A stretch of DNA of 64,000 bases from Chlorokybus atmophyticus (GCA_009103225.1 RHPI01002714.1:4793-68792); one strand, 5' to 3'; positions 13,351 to 24,737 are shown, numbered from the stretch's first letter. Notes: generated from the sequence alone by a model not told the origin. Made by a program: numbers and translations.

Positions 13351-16300
13351 TTCTTCCCTCGCCGCCACGCCCTTTGATCTGGTATTCCACCTCACTGTGT
13401 GTAAACCTTCTTGTTGTGCAGGCTTGCTCTGGGTTGTGTATGCACAAAGTTGAGATGCTTCATTGTCTGTGCATGTGTGTGTGCATATGTGTTTGTGTGT
13501 TGACCAAGTTAGTCAACGCACGGCCAGCCTCTTCTTGCTCAGTCTCTGTTGGCATGCGCCGTCGCCTTCTTCCCTCGCCGCCACGCCCTTTGATCTGGTA
13601 TTCCACCTCACTGTGTGTAAACCTTCTTGTTGTGCAGGCTTGCTCTGGTTTGTGTATGCACAAAGTTGAGATGCTTCATTGTCTGTGCATGTGTGTGTGC
13701 ATATGTGTTTGTGTGTTGACCAAGTTAGTCAACGCACGGCCAGCCTCTTCTTGCTCAGTCTCTGTTGGCATGCGCCGTCGCCTTCTTCCCTCGCCGCCAC
13801 GCCCTTTGATCTGGTATTCCACCTCACTGTGTGTAAACCTTCTTGTTGTGCAGGCTTGCTCTGGTTTGTGTATGCACAAAGTTGAGATGCTTCATTGTCT
13901 GTGCATGTGTGTGTGCATATGTGTTTGTGTGTTGACCAAGTTAGTCAACGCACGGCCAGCCTCTTCTTGCCCAGTCTCTGTTGGCATGCGCCGTCGCCTT
14001 CTTCCCTCGCCGCCACGCCCTTTGATCTGGTATTCCACCTCACTGTGTGTAAACCTTCTTGTTGTGCAGGCTTGCTCTGGTTTGTGTATGCACAAAGTTG
14101 AGATGCTTCATTGTCTGTGCATGTGTGTGTGCATATGTGTTTGTGTGTTGACCAAGTTGGTCAACGCACGGCCAGCCTCTTCTTGCCCAGTCTCTGTTGG
14201 CATGCGCCGTCGCCTTCTTCCCTCGCCGCCACGCCCTTTGATCTGGTATTCCACCTCACTGTGTGTAAACCTTCTTGTTGTGCAGGCTTGCTCTGGTTTG
14301 TGTATGCACAAAGTTGAGATGCTTCATTGTCTGTGCATGTGTGTGTGCATATGTGTTTGTGTGTTGACCAAGTTAGTCAACGCACGGCCAGCCTCTTCTT
14401 GCTCAGTCTCTGTTGGCATGCGCCGTCGCCTTCTTCCCTCGCCGCCACGCCCTTTGATCTGGTATTCCACCTCACTGTGTGTAAACCTTCTTGTTGTGCA
14501 GGCTTGCTCTGGTTTGTGTATGCACAAAGTTGAGATGCTTCATTGTCTGTGCATGTGTGTGTGCATATGTGTTTGTGTGTTGACCAAGTTAGTCAACGCA
14601 CGGCCAGCCTCTTCTTGCTCAGTCTCTGTTGGCATGCGCCGTCGCCTTCTTCCCTCGCCGCCACGCCCTTTGATCTGGTATTCCACCTCACTGTGTGTAA
14701 ACCTTCTTGTTGTGCAGGCTTGCTCTGGTTTGTGTATGCACAAAGTTGAGATGCTTCATTGTCTGTGCATGTGTGTGTGCATATGTGTTTGTGTGTTGAC
14801 CAAGTTAGTCAACGCACGGCCAGCCTCTTCTTGCTCAGTCTCTGTTGGCATGCGCCGTCGCCTTCTTCCCTCGCCGCCACGCCCTTTGATCTGGTATTCC
14901 ACCTCACTGTGTGTAAACCTTCTTGTTGTGCAGGCTTGCTCTGGTTTGTGTATGCACAAAGTTGAGATGCTTCATTGTCTGTGCATGTGTGTGTGCATAT
15001 GTGTTTGTGTGTTGACCAAGTTAGTCAACGCACGGCCAGCCTCTTCTTGCTCAGTCTCTGTTGGCATGCGCCGTCGCCTTCTTCCCTCGCCGCCACGCCC
15101 TTTGATCTGGTATTCCACCTCACTGTGTGTAAACCTTCTTGTTGTGCAGGCTTGCTCTGGTTTGTGTATGCACAAAGTTGAGATGCTTCATTGTCTGTGC
15201 ATGTGTGTGTGCATATGTGTTTGTGTGTTGACCAAGTTAGTCAACGCACGGCCAGCCTCTTCTTGCTCAGTCTCTGTTGGCATGCGCCGTCGCCTTCTTC
15301 CCTCGCCGCCACGCCCTTTGATCTGGTATTCCACCTCACTGTGTGTAAACCTTCTTGTTGTGCAGGCTTGCTCTGGTTTGTGTATGCACAAAGTTGAGAT
15401 GCTTCATTGTCTGTGCATGTGTGTGTGCATATGTGTTTGTGTGTTGACCAAGTTAGTCAACGCACGGCCAGCCTCTTCTTGCTCAGTCTCTGTTGGCATG
15501 CGCCGTCGCCTTCTTCCCTCGCCGCCACGCCCTTTGATCTGGTATTCCACCTCACTGTGTGTAAACCTTCTTGTTGTGCAGGCTTGCTCTGGTTTGTGTA
15601 TGCACAAAGTTGAGATGCTTCATTGTCTGTGCATGTGTGTGTGCATATGTGTTTGTGTGTTGACCAAGTTAGTCAACGCACGGCCAGCCTCTTCTTGCTC
15701 AGTCTCTGTTGGCATGCGCCGTCGCCTTCTTCCCTCGCCGCCACGCCCTTTGATCTGGTATTCCACCTCACTGTGTGTAAACCTTCTTGTTGTGCAGGCT
15801 TGCTCTGGTTTGTGTATGCACAAAGTTGAGATGCTTCATTGTCTGTGCATGTGTGTGTGCATATGTGTTTGTGTGTTGACCAAGTTAGTCAACGCACGGC
15901 CAGCCTCTTCTTGCTCAGTCTCTGTTGGCATGCGCCGTCGCCTTCTTCCCTCGCCGCCACGCCCTTTGATCTGGTATTCCACCTCACTGTGTGTAAACCT
16001 TCTTGTTGTGCAGGCTTGCTCTGGTTTGTGTATGCACAAAGTTGAGATGCTTCATTGTCTGTGCATGTGTGTGTGCATATGTGTTTGTGTGTTGACCAAG
16101 TTAGTCAACGCACGGCCAGCCTCTTCTTGCTCAGTCTCTGTTGGCATGCGCCGTCGCCTTCTTCCCTCGCCGCCACGCCCTTTGATCTGGTATTCCACCT
16201 CACTGTGTGTAAACCTTCTTGTTGTGCAGGCTTGCTCTGGTTTGTGTATGCACAAAGTTGAGATGCTTCATTGTCTGTGCATGTGTGTGTGCATATGTGT

Positions 16301-18842
16301 TTGTGTGTTGACCAAGTTAGTCAACGCACGGCCAGCCTCTTCTTGCTCAGTCTCTGTTGGCATGCGCCGTCGCCTTCTTCCCTCGCCGCCACGCCCTTTG
16401 ATCTGGTATTCCACCTCACTGTGTGTAAACCTTCTTGTTGTGCAGGCTTGCTCTGGTTTGTGTATGCACAAAGTTGAGATGCTTCATTGTCTGTGCATGT
16501 GTGTGTGCATATGTGTTTGTGTGTTGACCAAGTTAGTCAACGCACGGCCAGCCTCTTCTTGCTCAGTCTCTGTTGGCATGCGCCGTCGCCTTCTTCCCTC
16601 GCCGCCACGCCCTTTGATCTGGTATTCCACCTCACTGTGTGTAAACCTTCTTGTTGTGCAGGCTTGCTCTGGTTTGTGTATGCACAAAGTTGAGATGCTT
16701 CATTGTCTGTGCATGTGTGTGTGCATATGTGTTTGTGTGTTGACCAAGTTAGTCAACGCACGGCCAGCCTCTTCTTGCTCAGTCTCTGTTGGCATGCGCC
16801 GTCGCCTTCTTCCCTCGCCGCCACGCCCTTTGATCTGGTATTCCACCTCACTGTGTGTAAACCTTCTTGTTGTGCAGGCTTGCTCTGGTTTGTGTATGCA
16901 CAAAGTTGAGATGCTTCATTGTCTGTGCATGTGTGTGTGCATATGTGTTTGTGTGTTGACCAAGTTAGTCAACGCACGGCCAGCCTCTTCTTGCTCAGTC
17001 TCTGTTGGCATGCGCCGTCGCCTTCTTCCCTCGCCGCCACGCCCTTTGATCTGGTATTCCACCTCACTGTGTGTAAACCTTCTTGTTGTGCAGGCTTGCT
17101 CTGGTTTGTGTATGCACAAAGTTGAGATGCTTCATTGTCTGTGCATGTGTGTGTGCATATGTGTTTGTGTGTTGACCAAGTTAGTCAACGCACGGCCAGC
17201 CTCTTCTTGCTCAGTCTCTGTTGGCATGCGCCGTCGCCTTCTTCCCTCGCCGCCACGCCCTTTGATCTGGTATTCCACCTCACTGTGTGTAAACCTTCTT
17301 GTTGTGCAGGCTTGCTCTGGTTTGTGTATGCACAAAGTTGAGATGCTTCATTGTCTGTGCATGTGTGTGTGCATATGTGTTTGTGTGTTGACCAAGTTAG
17401 TCAACGCACGGCCAGCCTCTTCTTGCTCAGTCTCTGTTGGCATGCGCCGTCGCCTTCTTCCCTCGCCGCCACGCCCTTTGATCTGGTATTCCACCTCACT
17501 GTGTGTAAACCTTCTTGTTGTGCAGGCTTGCTCTGGTTTGTGTATGCACAAAGTTGAGATGCTTCATTGTCTGTGCATGTGTGTGTGCATATGTGTTTGT
17601 GTGTTGACCAAGTTAGTCAACGCACGGCCAGCCTCTTCTTGCTCAGTCTCTGTTGGCATGCGCCGTCGCCTTCTTCCCTCGCCGCCACGCCCTTTGATCT
17701 GGTATTCCACCTCACTGTGTGTAAACCTTCTTGTTGTGCAGGCTTGCTCTGGTTTGTGTATGCACAAAGTTGAGATGCTTCATTGTCTGTGCATGTGTGT
17801 GTGCATATGTGTTTGTGTGTTGACCAAGTTAGTCAACGCACGGCCAGCCTCTTCTTGCTCAGTCTCTGTTGGCATGCGCCGTCGCCTTCTTCCCTCGCCG
17901 CCACGCCCTTTGATCTGGTATTCCACCTCACTGTGTGTAAACCTTCTTGTTGTGCAGGCTTGCTCTGGTTTGTGTATGCACAAAGTTGAGATGCTTCATT
18001 GTCTGTGCATGTGTGTGTGCATATGTGTTTGTGTGTTGACCAAGTTAGTCAACGCACGGCCAGCCTCTTCTTGCTCAGTCTCTGTTGGCATGCGCCGTCG
18101 CCTTCTTCCCTCGCCGCCACGCCCTTTGATCTGGTATTCCACCTCACTGTGTGTAAACCTTCTTGTTGTGCAGGCTTGCTCTGGTTTGTGTATGCACAAA
18201 GTTGAGATGCTTCATTGTCTGTGCATGTGTGTGTGCATATGTGTTTGTGTGTTGACCAAGTTAGTCAACGCACGGCCAGCCTCTTCTTGCTCAGTCTCTG
18301 TTGGCATGCGCCGTCGCCTTCTTCCCTCGCCGCCACGCCCTTTGATCTGGTATTCCACCTCACTGTGTGTAAACCTTCTTGTTGTGCAGGCTTGCTCTGG
18401 TTTGTGTATGCACAAAGTTGAGATGCTTCATTGTCTGTGCATGTGTGTGTGCATATGTGTTTGTGTGTTGACCAAGTTAGTCAACGCACGGCCAGCCTCT
18501 TCTTGCTCAGTCTCTGTTGGCATGCGCCGTCGCCTTCTTCCCTCGCCGCCACGCCCTTTGATCTGGTACTCCACCTCACTGTGTGTAAACCTTCTTGTTG
18601 TGCAGGCTTGCTCTGGTTTATGTATGCACAAAGTTGAGATGCTTCATTGTCTGTGCATGTGTGTGTGCATATGTGTTTGTGTGTTGACCAAGTTAGTCAA
18701 CGCACGGCCAGCCTCTTCTTGCTCAGTCTCTGTTGGCATGCGCCGTCGCCTTCTTCCCTCGCCGCCACGCCCTTTGATCTGGTACTCCACCTCACTGTGT
18801 GTAAACCTTCTTGTTGTGCAGGCTTGCTCTGGTTTGTGTATG
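13351..18842. repeat. 216-bp tandem array, 25 full units plus a partial unit
   Basis: Unit starts at 13351+216k (13567 ... 18751); units almost identical, with the few variants near the array edges. Confidence 0.97.
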
Positions 18843-18874
18843 TCTCTGTTGGCATGCATGCTTGTGCATATCAG

Positions 18875-19277
18875 CTTGGCTGCGCCACGACGTGAGAGAG
18901 CTGCGGCAAACCGTTGCCGACTTGCGCAGGAAGGTATGACTTGCACTATCTATAAGCTGCTGATATCTGTTGGTAGCATGCATTGTGACCAAACTCTAGC
19001 AACGCAGGTGTCTGCACAGCGTCAAGAGATAGACAGGCTTGGTGTAGAACTGGAGGATGTTATAGCGGAGAATGTACGTGCCGCCCGCTACAAGTACAAG
19101 TTCCATTGCATGCGCTATCGCGTCCGGAGGGTGCCCAATCTCCCCGATAACGTGAGGGAGGAGATTTACAACCTCTTCCTGACACTCGCTGCATCCGATA
19201 GCGAGCCGTCGGAGTATACCGAGGCCACCATGGGAGACTACGACAGCGATGGTCACGGCTATGACTACTCTAATTGA
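18875..19277 (+). CDS. Last two exons (18875-18933, 19008-19277) of a small coiled-coil protein with an acidic tail
   Basis: cag|..aag|gtatga and aacgcag| splice sites join WLRHDVRELRQTVADLRRK to VSAQRQEIDRLGVELEDVIAEN in frame. Confidence 0.5.
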
Positions 19278-20298
19278 GTCAGCAGCAGTTTTCACCTTGT
19301 ACATAGCTGCTCTATTAATGTCTTGCTGTTGAGGTTCCAGTAGGCCCCTAGCTGCTCGATCAGTGGGCCATAAGACCAGTTCCAATAGGCCAGTGGCGTT
19401 GTATACATGTGCTTCCTGCCTGCCTGCAATGAGAACCTGCTGTTATAGCGGCTGCTGTCTGTGCATACGGGGTACTCCATCACACGCATGTCTTGCGTTT
19501 TCTGTACGCAACATGCTTACATGCGCAGTCTGTTACATGTCTAATGCATGCGCATATGCACGCCACATTGTATACAATGTGGCGTGCATATGCGTGCAAT
19601 AGCGGCGCCCCAAATCAACACACACCGTGCACCAGCCGTCACATTAACCAGCAACACCAGGCACAACCACAAAAACTACAGCTAGGGGGGCTGGTCTAGT
19701 GCAAGTGCTGGAATTGTATGTGCACTTGTATCACGCACAAAATTACACAACCTTCACATGTGCAACTACTGTCTTTGTTTCTATGTGGTTGTTCTATAGT
19801 GACGGCCTATACCTGGTTGCTGCATATAGGACTACCTGGTGCAATTCATACCCTCTACATGCATTTTCACAGATGGATCGATTGCACCCAATTTGCAATA
19901 CATCATTCAATGACCCTTGCCCAGTACAGCGCCGCCTGACGCGCGGTACAGAGTTGCTTCAATGAATAGTGCACGGTTGTAGGGTTTAGAGTTGAGCACC
20001 TGCAGTAGTGCAACATTTCTTGCGTGACGTGGTCTGAGGCGGCGGTTGTGGCGGCGGTGGTGGCGGCGGGTGGTGGCGGCGATGTGAGCGGGAGGCGGTG
20101 TGGTTGCTATGGTGGTGTACTGCAAGCCTTTTCGCATCGGTGCTCCAACCGCTTTGTGTAGATCTCTTGCAGCTTCATAGGCAGCTTGGTAGGGTTTGAA
20201 GAATTCGCAAGCCAGGTGTAGTGCATGCCGCGCTCCTCTTTGTTTGCGCTTGTTTTGCTGACCGCTCTCAAGGCCCATTCTTGCTCATGCTGATCGTA

Positions 20299-20622
20299 GG
20301 GGGCAGCCTCGTGCGTAAGGCCCCTGCATGCTCAGGCTATGTTGCAGCCAATTTTGTCTTGCATGTCGTCGTTTTTACGCCTCTGTTCATGCTGACCTCA
20401 TGGGGCAGCCTCGTGCGTAAGGCCCCTACATGCTCATGCTAACCTCATGGGGCAGCCTCGTGCGAAAGGCCCCTGCATGCTCATGCTGACCTCATGGGGC
20501 AGCCTCGTGCGTAAGGCCCCTGCATGCACATGCTGACCTCAAGCAAACCTTGTCTTGCATGTTGTCAATTCACGCCTCTGTTCATGCTGACCTCATGGGG
20601 CAGCCTCGTGCGTAAGGCCCCT
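20299..20622 (+). repeat. Five copies of GGGGCAGCCTCGTGCGTAAGGCC (plus orientation); three are in a ~48-bp minisatellite
   Basis: Copies at about 20300, 20402, 20449, 20497 and 20597. Confidence 0.9.
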
Positions 20623-21013
20623 GCTTGCTCAGTTCCAAACTTGGCTCACTTGATCACTTCGTGTATGCTTGTAAGTTTCTATGTGTGTGTCGACACAGGT
20701 TGTTCATATTGGCACCAAAGCAGAAGGTCTTGCCAAGTTGTCAGCAGCAGCGTGCAGGTACTCTTGGAATGTGTAAACTTTCTCACACCAACACGTGCTC
20801 ATACCGGTCATTGCAACCAGGAAAAGAGGTGAAGAAGCCGCAGATCCGGGCAAACAAGACCGACGAAGAGGTTTTTACTGATTTCAAGGCCCTTTGCGTA
20901 TGTTATGCAAAAGTATGGAGAGAGGAAAAGGAAGACTGCCCTATATGGGAACAGCTGGTGGTCAAATACAAGCAGCGGTTGGAGAAAGCTGATTTGCTCG
21001 CCCTCTCGCATGA

Positions 21014-23317
21014 ATGGAGAGTCAAGTTGGATCAATTCTGCGGCGGCAGCTCAGCAAGCTGTGTGACAAGCAGGCAGCAGCTGCGAGTATTGACCTTGGG
21101 AACTTTGTCGGAGAACCTGAAGCTGAAGTGGGCACATCAACGGGTCGTGCATCTACTGGTGGTCGTTGGGAGTCTGGTCTACCTCCTCCACAACCGGGCG
21201 ATGAGGCGGAGCTGATTGGGCTGCTGCTGCATGAGACAAAGCTGCGGCTCTTTGACGCCTATGCTGATGGCAACTGCTTCTACTCTTGCATTGCCCAGTC
21301 GCGCCCTCCCGTCAACGCTGCGTGCCTGGAACGCGTGGGCGCAATCAAGAACGAGGCTTTCTGGCGAAGCATCGTGCTGGACAACGGCAACGAGCTACAT
21401 ACGAGAGATCAAGCTGCCAAATTGCGCAAGATGTGTGCTGACCAGGTCACCGTTCGTTGGTTACGGACGTATCGCAATTACGGGGCCTCTGGTGACATGG
21501 GCGAGGACTACGAGAAGGCCGCCAAGAAATTCCGGGTAACAACGGTTCTCGATGGAAAAGATGAAGGTGATGCAGCTAATGTTGCTCTGAAGAAAGTGAT
21601 CGGTCATGAGGGTGTTTATGCGGACCAACTGCAATTGGCGCTGCTGGCGCACACACTGGGCATTCGCATTGGCACCGTGCAGCTCAAGGAGGTTGGTGAC
21701 TGCAAGTACATCCTAGAAGCGGAGGACAAGGGGGTACTCAGCAAAGGGGATGGCGGGAGGTATTATAAACCTGATGACAAAGGAAAGCTGCAGTATATTA
21801 AGCTTGTGGTGCTGATCGGCGAGGATGTTCAGAAAGTGGCTGGCCATGTGATTATTGGCAACACAGACGCGAGCAAGGCCTGCGCGCATTACATGTCTCT
21901 CTTGGCGATGCGAGTGGTAGGCTCTCATGTCAGCTCTGTGACATGCCACCAGAAGTCTTGCGCTACCTGTACCTTGATGGTCCTCCACAATCAGCACCCA
22001 GTGCCAAATCGGCGCCACTCCAGGCCTACATTTTCAAGTAGACCCCCTGTGCAATCGCAAGCTGTGTGTGTGCAAGAGGCTGAGGCCCAGGCCAAGGGAG
22101 AAGGCAAGGTTGAGACCCAGGCAATCGCGAAGGTCCAAAAGCCGAAGCTAAGGATGGGTCCAGAGTGCATGAAGAAGGTCGAGGCCAGCTTGAAGCAGCA
22201 AGCACAGGCCAAGGCCAAGCAGGCGGGCGAGGCGAAGACCAAGGCTGATGCTGAAGCCAAGGCCAGGCAGGAGCAGGCTGAGACTGAAGCCAGGGCCAGG
22301 CAGGAGCAGGCTGAGGCCAAGGCCAGGCAGGCGAGCGAGGCGAAGACCAAGGCTAATGCTGAAGCCAAGGCCAGGCAGGAGCAGGCTGAGACTGAAGCCA
22401 GGGCCAGGCAGGAGCAGGCTGAGACTAAAGCCAGGGCTAGGCAGAAGCAGGCTTTGGCTGAAGCCAAGGCCAGGCAGGAGCAGCTTGAGGCCAAGGCTAA
22501 GCAGGCACAGGTCAACCAAGAGGTTGAGGTGGAAGTCCAGAATCAGGCAGAACCCATGAGCCCAGCTGATGGACAGGTAAGCACTGTCATGCTGTCTGCG
22601 TGCAAGAGCAAGTGTGGAGTTGCACAATGTGGCACCGAGCTTGATGTTATGCAGGGCAATGAGAGCTTTTCTGATGAATCTGGCACATCAACCAGTAGTC
22701 TTTCCTCTGGTGTTCCTCGTCGTGCCACCACAAGCAAGAAGCGCAAACGCCGTCGTACTCGCAGCCGAGCTCCTGCGCAGATAGACAACACCCCTGCCGA
22801 CGCTTTTAAGAAGCTGCGCCATCTGCGGCAGGCAGGTCGCAAAGTGGAGGAGTTTTACGCGCAGTTCGAACATCTGTGTATGGTTGCCAACGCGACAGCG
22901 CTGCAGGTGGATGATGCCCTCAAACTACAGCTTTTTTTCAAGGGGCTTAGGAAAGGAGTGCGCAATTGCGTCGCGAAGGGTCCTTTGAACCAGGATTGGC
23001 GGGATGACCAGATCAACGAGCTTGTGCGCACTTGCAAGCAAAACGAAATCGAGCTGAATGAGACTTTGCAAAAGCACCATCTCAATCGAGAGAATTTTTC
23101 CGCATGCAAAGCAAACCCCATGGAGATGTTAAAGTTGCAAAAACGCGAACACATTGATGATCGGCGGCAAAGCAAGAAACTGGCCAAGAAGCGTCAACAT
23201 GAGCGTGAGCGAGCAGTGATAGGTCAGCAGCCAACACTCGAGCAGCAGGAGCAGCTGAAGCAGCAACTCTTTCAGGAGCGTGAGCAGAAGCGGCAGCAAC
23301 GGAAGCAACAGTGCTAG
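21014..23317 (+). CDS. OTU-like cysteine protease + A/E/Q/K repeat coil + retrotransposon Gag-like domain
   Basis: YADGNCFYSCI (Cys box), YADQLQL, AHYMSL (His box); EAKARQEQAE repeats; AFKKLRHLRQAGRKVEEFYAQF..LFFKGL Gag-like segment. The true start and introns are unresolved. Confidence 0.75.
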   Translation: MESQVGSILRRQLSKLCDKQAAAASIDLGNFVGEPEAEVGTSTGRASTGGRWESGLPPPQPGDEAELIGLLLHETKLRLFDAYADGNCFYSCIAQSRPPVNAACLERVGAIKNEAFWRSIVLDNGNELHTRDQAAKLRKMCADQVTVRWLRTYRNYGASGDMGEDYEKAAKKFRVTTVLDGKDEGDAANVALKKVIGHEGVYADQLQLALLAHTLGIRIGTVQLKEVGDCKYILEAEDKGVLSKGDGGRYYKPDDKGKLQYIKLVVLIGEDVQKVAGHVIIGNTDASKACAHYMSLLAMRVVGSHVSSVTCHQKSCATCTLMVLHNQHPVPNRRHSRPTFSSRPPVQSQAVCVQEAEAQAKGEGKVETQAIAKVQKPKLRMGPECMKKVEASLKQQAQAKAKQAGEAKTKADAEAKARQEQAETEARARQEQAEAKARQASEAKTKANAEAKARQEQAETEARARQEQAETKARARQKQALAEAKARQEQLEAKAKQAQVNQEVEVEVQNQAEPMSPADGQVSTVMLSACKSKCGVAQCGTELDVMQGNESFSDESGTSTSSLSSGVPRRATTSKKRKRRRTRSRAPAQIDNTPADAFKKLRHLRQAGRKVEEFYAQFEHLCMVANATALQVDDALKLQLFFKGLRKGVRNCVAKGPLNQDWRDDQINELVRTCKQNEIELNETLQKHHLNRENFSACKANPMEMLKLQKREHIDDRRQSKKLAKKRQHERERAVIGQQPTLEQQEQLKQQLFQEREQKRQQRKQQC

Positions 23318-23465
23318 GAGAAGGAGCAGCGGAAGCAGCGGCGAGAGCACAAAGAGCAGCAGCAGCGGCAACCTCAGTGAAACCTTACCATTCTGCAGGT
23401 GTGATCACAAATGAGACCTCTATGGCAATCAAGAGAGCTTACAACTGCAAAGTCCTCTACGTGTC

Positions 23466-24278
23466 TCAGTAAAAAGGAGGGTAATCGACATTTAAACCTA
23501 TCGCTTCCAGCAACAGCCTGCCTACATGTTCAGAGTAAGTAGGTGGAATAGCATTCTTGATTTCCGATTCTGCATCCATCCACTCCACCTGCATGGCAGA
23601 CTGCCACCCTGCAATCGTACCACGGCAAGATGCTTGGCCGTATACCGGGTAAATTTGCCTCTCCCCAGGTAGCAACTGCCGGCGCTGCTCCGGGTGGGTG
23701 GCCAGCTCTCCAAGTGCAGAACCAGTGTGGTTGCATTCTAAGTCTGAGCGCATTGGAGGGTTTGTCTCGAAGATGCGATGGCGATACACATCCAACTTGA
23801 ACATGCTGCCACACAGCTTCAGGTGAGTTGTCATGTGTCTTGACGCGCCTGCGACATTCTCTATCACCCATGCCTTGCCGCTTAACTGCAACTTGGCTCT
23901 TATGGGGTCAATCAGGTTGACGTGATCCCATCGATATCCGTATGCGGACCGTTGTGTCGTGGGAATGGCTCCACTAAGAGCTTGGCATGGAGGACTTGCC
24001 CACACTGCATCGTATGCTGACAGGTCAGCGTCCATTGCATCCATCTGGCAGATGTTGAATGGGTATGCCGGCTGTGGCTTAATGTCTATACCCTCAACAT
24101 CAAACCCAGCCCTGTATAGACCCGTAGCAACGCCACCGGCACCACAAAAGAGATCCAATGCGCGTGGCCTGTAATGTCTACCGCTTGAGTCGCATGGTGT
24201 GCGAGTTACGAGAAGGGGTGGTGGCCTGGGCCAACGATCGAGCTCGCGACCAGGCAAGTCTTGCAGTCTTATACATCT
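23466..24278 (-). CDS. Compact DNA (cytosine-5)-methyltransferase, bacterial/phage-like (E1 copy)
   Basis: Motif I LDLFCGAGG, GIDI, motif IV SPPCQ, motif VI ENV, motif VIII RHRIF, motif X NAIPP..EHVG; no intron inside the domain. Confidence 0.9.
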   Translation of the reverse strand, partial: RCIRLQDLPGRELDRWPRPPPLLVTRTPCDSSGRHYRPRALDLFCGAGGVATGLYRAGFDVEGIDIKPQPAYPFNICQMDAMDADLSAYDAVWASPPCQALSGAIPTTQRSAYGYRWDHVNLIDPIRAKLQLSGKAWVIENVAGASRHMTTHLKLCGSMFKLDVYRHRIFETNPPMRSDLECNHTGSALGELATHPEQRRQLLPGERQIYPVYGQASCRGTIAGWQSAMQVEWMDAESEIKNAIPPTYSEHVGRLLLEAIGLNVDYPPFY

Positions 24279-24684
24279 TTAACCACCAACTCGAACCATC
24301 ACTGCAACGACATCTTGCATGTTGTAACCCTCACGCACAGCTGCGATGTTCCAGTTTTTCAACAAGATGTGGTGCAGCCGCGGATCCTCATCGTAATCGT
24401 CGTACTTGATGGTATGTTTTCCCAAGCCACATGTTTTACTGAGCCAGTGCTTGCGTGAACACGCACATACATCACATACTCTGCATTATTTAGACACATG
24501 TACCTGTGTTGGCATTGAAAGTGATCATGCGGCCTGCATACCAGGTGCTCATTCCAGGCCAGTATACCACGACGCGGCTTGCTACCAAAGACTGCCCCTC
24601 ATCAACAATCTCCTTTCGCCACGCAGTTATTATCGCGGTATCGTTAACTGCGTCAACTACTGCTACATTCCCCTTCAACATCAA
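24279..24684 (-). CDS. Tudor/Agenet-like domain split by an intron (E1 copy)
   Basis: RVVVYWPGMSTWYAGRMITFNANT|G...KHTIKYDD; cag|gtacat donor at about 24503; the second exon is in the same frame as the methyltransferase, separated by one TAA (24281-24279). Confidence 0.7.
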
Positions 24685-24737
24685 AGAGTGAGTTGCTTAC
24701 GTATGAGAGCGCTGTTTGTGCGCCAGGACAGGACAGT

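Noticed and set aside
13351-18842. CRISPR array
   Set aside because: Units are identical end to end, with no unique spacers and no cas genes; eukaryotic context.
13460-18946. Dozens of 67-68 aa ORFs
   Set aside because: Other-frame translations of the same repeat unit.
13269-19277. 2002-aa ORF as a real repeat protein
   Set aside because: It follows automatically from a 216-bp unit (multiple of 3) lacking stops in one frame. The Cys/Val/Met-rich text derives from GT-rich intron-like DNA, it has no ATG start, and its protein-like tail is better explained by a spliced exon.
20299-20622. CRISPR-like or ribozyme array from the 23-bp motif
   Set aside because: The intervening sequences are themselves repeated (minisatellite). 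I could not build a hammerhead (no CTGATGA/GAAA) or a full HDV-like fold.
21991-22627. Ala/Leu/Cys-rich and Leu/Pro/Gly-rich minus-strand ORFs
   Set aside because: Antisense shadows of the EAKARQEQ repeat in the OTU gene.
23466-24257. Bacterial or phage contamination, or a prophage, as the source of the methyltransferases
   Set aside because: They are embedded among spliceosomal-intron genes within TIR-bounded elements, in frame with an intron-containing Tudor exon; no phage or restriction genes are nearby.
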